Virus record (IMG/VR): IMGVR_UViG_3300027206_000008
Coordinates: 1-29,404 of that record
Source: a virus
Lineage: Duplodnaviria > Caudoviricetes
Direction: 5' to 3' (one strand)
Length of the DNA stretch: 29,404 bases
Both the position numbers and the translations under genes were made by a program. Each line of letters starts with the position of its first letter. The stretch's first letter is position 1. The notes beneath the pieces were generated by a model, which saw only the letters and a list, made by a program, of their open reading frames with translations, was not told where the DNA came from and did not search any database. Positions 1 to 5,927 of the stretch are shown piece after piece.

Positions 1-239
1 AGTTGATTAAAGACGGTTGGGTAGTAGTTTATAGAAACTACAATAGGACAACACAGAAATATAACATCTACAAAGTTTCATTAAAGTGTAAACAACTAAT
101 AGCAAGAATGTATCGTATTATGCTTGGCGATGAAGATATCCCAACTAGTACAAGAAATAATATAATGCTAGGTAAAACCTATACAGACAAAGTTTTAATA
201 ACAGCAATCAAAAACGTAAACAACGACAAAAATAGATAG
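1..239 (+). CDS. 5'-truncated hypothetical phage protein
   Basis: Frame is open from the window edge (the TTG at 3 is probably internal) to TAG 237-239, and the next ATG follows at 241. Confidence 0.7.
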   Translation, partial: LIKDGWVVVYRNYNRTTQKYNIYKVSLKCKQLIARMYRIMLGDEDIPTSTRNNIMLGKTYTDKVLITAIKNVNNDKNR

Positions 240-240
240 T

Positions 241-1287
241 ATGAAATCAAAATCTCCATTTCCAATGAAATCTCCACTACGCATACAAACTTATGGCGGA
301 GATACTTACGAAAGTCCTGACACGGTTATAACAAAAACTGTTGGGGAGCAAGTGGGTAAAGCAATAACTGGAATAGCTAAAGATGCTACTAAATATATGG
401 ATTTAAAAGGCAAATTAGCTAAAGATAAATCTGATCACGGTAAAGCTATGGAACTTGCAAATCTAAAATATGGCAAAAAAACAAATGGTGAAGCACGCTT
501 AGGTTTAACAACTCCTAGTAAAGTAGGTAGTAGTTTTGGCGAAGTTCCCGGAGTGCCAGATTTAGTTTCAAATTCACAAACATCTAGCACTATAAAAGGA
601 AAAACATTTCTAGATCAGAATGCATGGGATAGCAATAGAAACGATGTTCGAAACGATAAAAGATTTCAAGGTGAAGGTGGAAAAGATCGGTTTTTTATTG
701 CTGCACAAGATTATAGAGACAGAGAAGGAACAGGTATAAATACAACTTATGACAAAGGTAAAACAAGATTTGAAGACGGAAAAAGAATGTTAGCCATTAA
801 TATGAACGGTTCACCAAATAAACTAATAGGAGATACTATGGATCCATACGGACAAATAAACCCAGGACAACCTAGCGCTAGAGCTATTGATATGGCAGCT
901 ATTGGAAATCCTTATGCTACTCCAGGTGCTGATTTTGACCCTCAAAGTAAAATGAAAGCTGAATCTATATTCGGTTCAGCGGGACAACGTCAAGGCTTAA
1001 TGAATTTAGGTACGCCTTTACATACAAAAGGCCACGAAGGTGATTTCATAAAAGATCATAAGCATTCTACCGAAAGCAAAAATCCTGCAACACCTAAATA
1101 TATAAATGGTGATCCGTCTAAAACAGCTGACAAATTAATAAGTTCAACAGATGAACCAAGAAGACTAAAGAAAAATGAAATTGGACCTCCAACAGAAAGA
1201 GAACAAAGCGATAGAGATTATTTAGCTAAATTCGACATGGAATATAAAGCTAGTGGAGGAAATCTATACGTGCCTAAAAAAAGATAA
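241..1287 (+). CDS. Hypothetical 348-aa low-complexity protein with repeated SP-hydrophobic motifs (possible internal virion protein)
   Basis: Long, tightly packed ORF rich in G/K/D/P. Motifs KSPF, KSPL, GSPN, GTPL. Confidence 0.75.
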   Translation: MKSKSPFPMKSPLRIQTYGGDTYESPDTVITKTVGEQVGKAITGIAKDATKYMDLKGKLAKDKSDHGKAMELANLKYGKKTNGEARLGLTTPSKVGSSFGEVPGVPDLVSNSQTSSTIKGKTFLDQNAWDSNRNDVRNDKRFQGEGGKDRFFIAAQDYRDREGTGINTTYDKGKTRFEDGKRMLAINMNGSPNKLIGDTMDPYGQINPGQPSARAIDMAAIGNPYATPGADFDPQSKMKAESIFGSAGQRQGLMNLGTPLHTKGHEGDFIKDHKHSTESKNPATPKYINGDPSKTADKLISSTDEPRRLKKNEIGPPTEREQSDRDYLAKFDMEYKASGGNLYVPKKR

Positions 1288-1292
1288 AAATA

Positions 1293-1493
1293 ATGAAATC
1301 ACCATTCTACAAAAAAGGTTTTCCTGAAATAAAAGATAAAAACAAAGGCAAGTTTACTAAGTGGGCTAAAGCTAATGGATTTAAAGATGCTTGCAGTGCA
1401 GCTTCAGCTGTAATGAGTGCTGGTGAAGAAAAATACAGTCCAAGCGTTAGAAAAATGGCAAATTACGCAAACAACTTTGGTTGTAAAAAATAA
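1293..1493 (+). CDS. Small basic hypothetical protein (KNKGKFTKWAK...SPSVRKMANYANNF)
   Basis: 66-aa ORF with an A-rich leader. The motif resembles a recurring small basic phage domain (recognised from memory). Confidence 0.8.
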   Translation: MKSPFYKKGFPEIKDKNKGKFTKWAKANGFKDACSAASAVMSAGEEKYSPSVRKMANYANNFGCKK

Positions 1494-1512
1494 CAATATA
1501 AAACAATAAATT

Positions 1513-1734
1513 ATGCACAATGACAAAGCACATCAAAAAGCGACTAAAGGCTCTAGCGGAGTAGTAGGTGAATCGGCTATTTGGGATGGACCCTTAGATC
1601 AAACAGGACGCTTACACGGATCAGGATCAAGTTCTGGTATTACAGGTATGGAAGTTTTAAAAGCTCCTACAATGTATAAGGCTGGGCCTATAACTCAGCT
1701 AGCTAAAGGTAAGTCTGGATTAGGAATAAACTAA
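1513..1734 (+). CDS. Small Gly-rich hypothetical protein
   Basis: 73-aa ORF with an A-rich leader, tightly packed. Confidence 0.75.
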   Translation: MHNDKAHQKATKGSSGVVGESAIWDGPLDQTGRLHGSGSSSGITGMEVLKAPTMYKAGPITQLAKGKSGLGIN

Positions 1735-1736
1735 AA

Positions 1737-1889
1737 ATGGAACATTTGGATTTTAAAGTATTGGCAACTAACGCGATAGCACTAGCATTAAGCATGACGC
1801 ATATTGAAGTAGGCCTAAAGGTTATTTTATTACTTGTAAGTATCGGGTACACAATAACTAAATGGGTAAAACTTAAAGAAAAGAAGTAA
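1737..1889 (+). CDS. Small membrane protein, putative holin (50 aa; not in the ORF track)
   Basis: Hand translation: MEHLDFKVLATNAIALALSMTHIEVGLKVILLLVSIGYTITKWVKLKEKK. Two hydrophobic stretches and a basic tail. It fills the gap between the flanking genes. Confidence 0.75.
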   Translation: MEHLDFKVLATNAIALALSMTHIEVGLKVILLLVSIGYTITKWVKLKEKK

Positions 1890-1899
1890 TAATTATAAC

Positions 1900-2178
1900 A
1901 TGGGATATGCACAACCAGGATCACCTTTTTTAAAAGTACCAAAAACAACTAAAGGAAAAGGTAGAAACTTCAGAACAACAGAAGAAGGTGCTGGTATGAC
2001 TAGTGCTGGTGTTAATAAATATAAAAAAGAAAATCCAGGTAGTAAGTTAAAAACTGCTGTAACTGGAGATGTTAAACCAGGAAGCAAAGACGCTAAGCGT
2101 CGTAAATCTTTCTGTGCTAGATCAAAAGGCTGGACTGGCGAAAGAGGTAAAGCCGCTAGAAGAAGATGGAAATGCTAA
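1900..2178 (+). CDS. Small basic phage protein, DUF6321-like (RRKSFCAR...RRWKC)
   Basis: 92-aa ORF. The C-terminal motif KRRKSFCARSKGW...ARRRWKC is recalled as a widespread phage DUF family. Confidence 0.75.
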   Translation: MGYAQPGSPFLKVPKTTKGKGRNFRTTEEGAGMTSAGVNKYKKENPGSKLKTAVTGDVKPGSKDAKRRKSFCARSKGWTGERGKAARRRWKC

Positions 2179-2203
2179 ACAATTAAACATAAAAACTAAT
2201 ACA

Positions 2204-2452
2204 ATGGAAAAAGGACATTACGGTCAATACACCGGAAACGCAAGACACTCAAGAAAAGAAGACGAAAAGTATGATGCTAATAAAGCTTATGATAAAAACT
2301 TAAGCGCAAGTGCTCGTTTACATTATTTAGAAAATAATATAGCTGATCATAAATCACCAGCTTCAATGTTAGGAGACTTAGACAAAGATGGTAGTATGAG
2401 TGAATACGAAACAAAACGTCAAAACGCAATTAATAAAAACACTAAAAAATAA
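2204..2452 (+). CDS. Hypothetical 82-aa protein with an EF-hand-like loop
   Basis: Start reassigned to ATG 2204 (A-rich leader, no overlap). Contains DLDKDGSMSEYE. Confidence 0.75.
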   Translation: MEKGHYGQYTGNARHSRKEDEKYDANKAYDKNLSASARLHYLENNIADHKSPASMLGDLDKDGSMSEYETKRQNAINKNTKK

Positions 2453-2456
2453 AACT

Positions 2457-2642
2457 ATGTACAACAAACCTAAAGGAGCCGCGGCATTAAACTTAAACAA
2501 AGGTTATGGCAATGAGTCATCATCTCAAGAAAAAATAAACTTAATAAGTGATAATCCTATAGCTAAACACGCTAGCGGAGGTTCGTTTATGTCTAAACAT
2601 TCTCATTCATCTCCGTTAGGAATGTATAAGAAAGAAATGTAA
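2457..2642 (+). CDS. Small hypothetical protein (61 aa)
   Basis: Start reassigned to ATG 2457, just after the upstream stop. MYNKPKG...HSSPLGMYKKEM. Confidence 0.7.
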   Translation: MYNKPKGAAALNLNKGYGNESSSQEKINLISDNPIAKHASGGSFMSKHSHSSPLGMYKKEM

Positions 2643-2672
2643 TAAAACAGATTAGGACTGTATAAACCTAGC

Positions 2673-2714
2673 CAACAAACAACAAACAACAAACAACAAA
2701 CAACAAACAACAAA
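2673..2714 (+). repeat. Perfect tandem repeat (CAACAAA)x6
   Basis: Six exact 7-mer copies, ending 4 nt before ATG 2719. Confidence 0.97.
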
Positions 2715-2718
2715 CACA

Positions 2719-3117
2719 ATGGCAAAATTCATCAAATTTAACATTACGCTTACAGGCGCTGTTCAACCAGCTGCCCCGATCTCACCGATCTTGATAAACG
2801 TAGAAGACATCACAACAGTAACAGCGGCAGGAGCTGCAGGAGCTCAATCAAGTGTAATTATCGGTCTTACAGGCAGAAACACTATTGCAGGTTACACTAC
2901 ATTAACTCTTCAGCCTTCAACATCAGCTTCAGCTTTAGTTGCTCCAGCTTTTGTAGACGGACAAAGAAATCCTTTAGAAGACGCAGTACATTCAGCTATT
3001 ACAGCTAATCCAGGTGGAGTAGTTACAACTTGCTCTCTAGGTAATGACCAAGCAGCAGCTACAGTAGCACTTCCAAATGGAGCTCCAATGTTCTGGGGAA
3101 CAGCTACTTTTGCATAA
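2719..3117 (+). CDS. Hypothetical Ala/Thr/Gly-rich protein, likely structural
   Basis: 132-aa ORF with a composition resembling virion proteins. Confidence 0.8.
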   Translation: MAKFIKFNITLTGAVQPAAPISPILINVEDITTVTAAGAAGAQSSVIIGLTGRNTIAGYTTLTLQPSTSASALVAPAFVDGQRNPLEDAVHSAITANPGGVVTTCSLGNDQAAATVALPNGAPMFWGTATFA

Positions 3118-3118
3118 T

Positions 3119-3277
3119 ATGAGTAAATCACAAGGTTTCGGCGATAGCGTAGAGAAATTTACAGAAGCAACCGGGATCAAAACTTTCGTTGACAAAGTAT
3201 CACAGGGATTAAACATTCCCTGTGGCTGTCAACAAAGAAAAGAAACTTTAAATAAAGTTTTTCCTTACAAACAATAA
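3119..3277 (+). CDS. Small conserved phage protein with CGC motif (52 aa)
   Basis: Start reassigned to ATG 3119. The GFGDSVEKFTEATGIK...CGCQQRKETLNKVFPY pattern is recalled from Bacteroidota phages. Confidence 0.8.
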   Translation: MSKSQGFGDSVEKFTEATGIKTFVDKVSQGLNIPCGCQQRKETLNKVFPYKQ

Positions 3278-3280
3278 TTT

Positions 3281-3601
3281 ATGAGCTTTATAATGAAAGG
3301 TGCGCCTTATAGTACTGACAATACTCCTATTTATCACGTAGATATGGAAGATGGTGTATTAGGCAAGGCTAATAATAATGGTACTATAATTATTAATAAA
3401 GACGTTAAAGATCCTGAACAAGTAGATGACGTTATAGATCATGAGAAAATACATTTAGACCAAATGAAAAGAGGCGACTTGGCTTATGATGACAAAAATG
3501 TTTATTGGAAAGGTAAAAAATACTCAAGAGCTTCAATGGAAGAAGGTAATAAAAACCTTCCTTGGGAAAAAGAAGCATACGCTAAAACTCGAAAAGCATA
3601 A
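3281..3601 (+). CDS. Putative minimal zinc metallopeptidase (HExxH)
   Basis: VIDHEKIHLDQ (HExxH) preceded by beta-strand-like GTIIIN, with a downstream PWEKEAY that supplies a candidate third ligand Glu. Confidence 0.7.
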   Translation: MSFIMKGAPYSTDNTPIYHVDMEDGVLGKANNNGTIIINKDVKDPEQVDDVIDHEKIHLDQMKRGDLAYDDKNVYWKGKKYSRASMEEGNKNLPWEKEAYAKTRKA

Positions 3602-3981
3602 TGTGGAAAGTACTACTAGGTCTTTTAAAAGGAGGTGAAGGTAGAAAATCTGTTGCCGGTGGTTTGGCTTGGGAAATAAGAGAAGCGATTAAAGGCAAAG
3701 AACTTGACCCTGAAAAACTAATAGAACTACAAACTAAAATAAATTTAGCTGAAGCTTCACACAGAACTTTATTCGTTGCTGGTTGGAGACCATTTATAGG
3801 TTGGATATGCGGATTTGCATTAGCTTATAATTTTGTTATTAGAGATTTGTTTATATGGATAACTAAAACAACAGATGCACCACCACCATTACAAATGGAA
3901 CATTTAATGACCGTACTTCTAGGTATGCTAGGATTAGGAGGTCTTCGAACTTACGAAAAAATAAAAGACAAAGTAAAATAA
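3601..3981 (+). CDS. Holin, 3TM GTA-type (DUF3154-like)
   Basis: Signature FVAGWRPFIGWICG, C-terminal LLGMLGLGGLRTYEK, and hydrophobic helices. Confidence 0.85.
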   Translation: MWKVLLGLLKGGEGRKSVAGGLAWEIREAIKGKELDPEKLIELQTKINLAEASHRTLFVAGWRPFIGWICGFALAYNFVIRDLFIWITKTTDAPPPLQMEHLMTVLLGMLGLGGLRTYEKIKDKVK

Positions 3982-3987
3982 AAAATT

Positions 3988-4587
3988 ATGTATCAAAAAA
4001 ATCAGAGTGATTTCACTACAAGTGCTATTGATCTTCTTTTAGTTTCTACGCTAAAAGCTGAAACTATAGTATTAGCAAGCGCAGCTTTAGCTAGTACTGT
4101 AGCTAATCTACCCGCAAGCTCAACGGCTGTTGTTTATGCAGATGGTGGAACATTTACAGGTTCGGCAACTAAAACCGCACTAGGAACTACTGCAGGTGCT
4201 TTATACCAAGTAACTTCAGCTGCAGACGGAACAGTAGCTAGTATAACTGTAGTAACTAAAGGACCTAACTTTGCAGCAGGTAAAACTATTATATTTAGCG
4301 CAACAGCTTTAACACAAGCTTTTGGCGTTCAAGATCCAGCTATAACAGGAGTAATAACATATACTCCAGCAACTGCTAATTTAGAGTTACCAAGTACAAA
4401 CTTTACTCAACGTCCAGTAGCTTTATATGTTGGAGTTGGAGGTGATATAACTTTGACATTAGCAAGTGATTCAACTGAAATTAAATTTGTAGGTGTAGCA
4501 GCTGGAACCTTTTTAGACGTGCTATGCACTAGTGTTAACACTGGAGCAGCTGGAAGTCCAACATCAGGATTACTAGCCCTTAGATAA
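3988..4587 (+). CDS. Structural protein with a C-terminal head-spike-base-like (RcGTA Rcc01079-like) domain
   Basis: C-terminal ALYVGVGGDITL...FVGVAAGTFLDV...TG...LLAL pattern and a Thr/Ala-rich N-terminus. Confidence 0.6.
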   Translation: MYQKNQSDFTTSAIDLLLVSTLKAETIVLASAALASTVANLPASSTAVVYADGGTFTGSATKTALGTTAGALYQVTSAADGTVASITVVTKGPNFAAGKTIIFSATALTQAFGVQDPAITGVITYTPATANLELPSTNFTQRPVALYVGVGGDITLTLASDSTEIKFVGVAAGTFLDVLCTSVNTGAAGSPTSGLLALR

Positions 4588-4605
4588 AAATAATAACAAG
4601 TATCA

Positions 4606-4623
4606 ATTAAATTAAATCAAATG
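4606..4623 (+). promoter_or_regulatory. Repeated leader ATTAAATTAAATCAAATG (copy 1)
   Basis: Identical 18-mer at 22105-22122; both end in a start codon. Confidence 0.55.
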
Positions 4624-4878
4624 AAAAAAGTAGAAAGTAAAGAAGTAAGTAAAATTACAGACGAGCAATTAGAAGTAATTACAAAGCATCAAAAAGATTT
4701 AAACAAATCTTTAACTAACATTGGCTTTTTAGAAACTCAAAAGCATAGCTTATTACATGAGTATGCTGGAATTGTAGATGACATTGAAAAGTACAAAAAA
4801 GAATTAGAAGATGTTTACGGAGCTATCAATATAAATATTGAAGACGGAACATATACTGAAATTGTAAAAGAAGAATAG
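4621..4878 (+). CDS. Small coiled-coil hypothetical protein
   Basis: 85-aa helical, charged ORF ending YGAININIEDGTY. Confidence 0.85.
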   Translation: MKKVESKEVSKITDEQLEVITKHQKDLNKSLTNIGFLETQKHSLLHEYAGIVDDIEKYKKELEDVYGAININIEDGTYTEIVKEE

Positions 4879-5105
4879 TGGACCACATTATAAGAAAAAT
4901 CAGCATTGGTTCTGATTATAAAAATGATGCTATGCACTATGCGGTTGGTCAGTCTGTATATGGAGGACATACGATATCTCATATTCTTTTCGAAGAAGAA
5001 GAGCAATCTTATAATATACATATACAAAAAAGTGATGAGATTTTGCCTTGGAAGAAATTCAATAAAAACATGGCAGTATCAATTGAATACGATTTAGAAT
5101 ATTAA
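4878..5105 (+). CDS. Conserved hypothetical phage protein (IRKISIGSDYKNDAMHY)
   Basis: 75 aa. The GTG start overlaps the previous TAG and the stop overlaps the next ATG, indicating translational coupling. Confidence 0.85.
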   Translation: MDHIIRKISIGSDYKNDAMHYAVGQSVYGGHTISHILFEEEEQSYNIHIQKSDEILPWKKFNKNMAVSIEYDLEY

Positions 5106-5710
5106 TGAATAGTGTTCACCAGTTTATAGTAAAACCTATAGGTGAAAGATATAATAATGAAATAACTATTGGTGATAAAAAGCTAATAGTTAATTCTAGT
5201 ATCTCTGACCATAAGTTTGTAAATAGAGAAGCAGAAATAATAGCCACGCCATTAGCTTATAAAACTAAGTTAAAAAAAGGCGATAGAGTTATAGTTCATC
5301 ACAATCTATTTAGAAGATACTATGATTTAAAAGGTAAGTCAGTTAATAGCACAAAGTTTTTTAAAGATGATATGTGTTTTGCCTCTATAGATCAAGTGTA
5401 TATGAAAAAGAGTAATAACTCTTGGGAAACTCTAGACAACTACTGCTTTGTTAAGCCTGTGGTTAATAAGGATGATTCTAACTTAAGTAAGCTTAAAAAG
5501 TGCGTTGGTATAGTAAAATATAATAATAGCACCTTAGAAGCTCTTAAAATCAACAATGGAGATTTAGTCGGATTTAAAAAGAACAGAGAATTTGAGTTCT
5601 TAATTGACGGTGAGGTACTTTATTGTATGCAATCAAATGATATTTTAATTAAGTATGAAAATAAAGGAAACGAAACTGAATATAATCCAAGCTGGGCAAA
5701 TAGCAGTTGA
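5105..5710 (+). CDS. GroES/Cpn10-like co-chaperonin with two tandem domains
   Basis: Two Cpn10-like patterns: FIVKP...AEIIA...LKKGDRVIV and CFVKP...GIVKY...INNGDLVGF...IDGEVLYCMQSNDIL. Confidence 0.7.
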   Translation: MNSVHQFIVKPIGERYNNEITIGDKKLIVNSSISDHKFVNREAEIIATPLAYKTKLKKGDRVIVHHNLFRRYYDLKGKSVNSTKFFKDDMCFASIDQVYMKKSNNSWETLDNYCFVKPVVNKDDSNLSKLKKCVGIVKYNNSTLEALKINNGDLVGFKKNREFEFLIDGEVLYCMQSNDILIKYENKGNETEYNPSWANSS

Positions 5711-5927
5711 AGAACTTATAAAAGTAGCGAAAGAAAAGATTGTAGACTCAGAAGATGATATCTCGGCTGATAGACTTAAAAACGCTGCTGCTACTAAAAA
5801 ATTAGCAATATTTGATGCTTTTGAAATACTAGCTAGAATAGAAGCTGAAGAAAATATAATAAATGAAAAGCCAGTAAAAACTCAAGTTGAGTCTTTTAAG
5901 GGTTTTGCCGAAGGAAGATCTAAGTAA
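5655..5927 (+). CDS. Probable terminase small subunit
   Basis: 90-aa helical protein directly upstream of terL and coupled to it (TAATG). The function is inferred from position. Confidence 0.55.
   Translation: MKIKETKLNIIQAGQIAVEELIKVAKEKIVDSEDDISADRLKNAAATKKLAIFDAFEILARIEAEENIINEKPVKTQVESFKGFAEGRSK

Noticed and set aside
2673-2714. Repeat tract as a CRISPR array
   Set aside because: The units are 7 nt with no spacers.
4906-5097. +1-frame 63-aa ORF within 4878-5105
   Set aside because: Non-ATG start, no motif, and no compositional anomaly.
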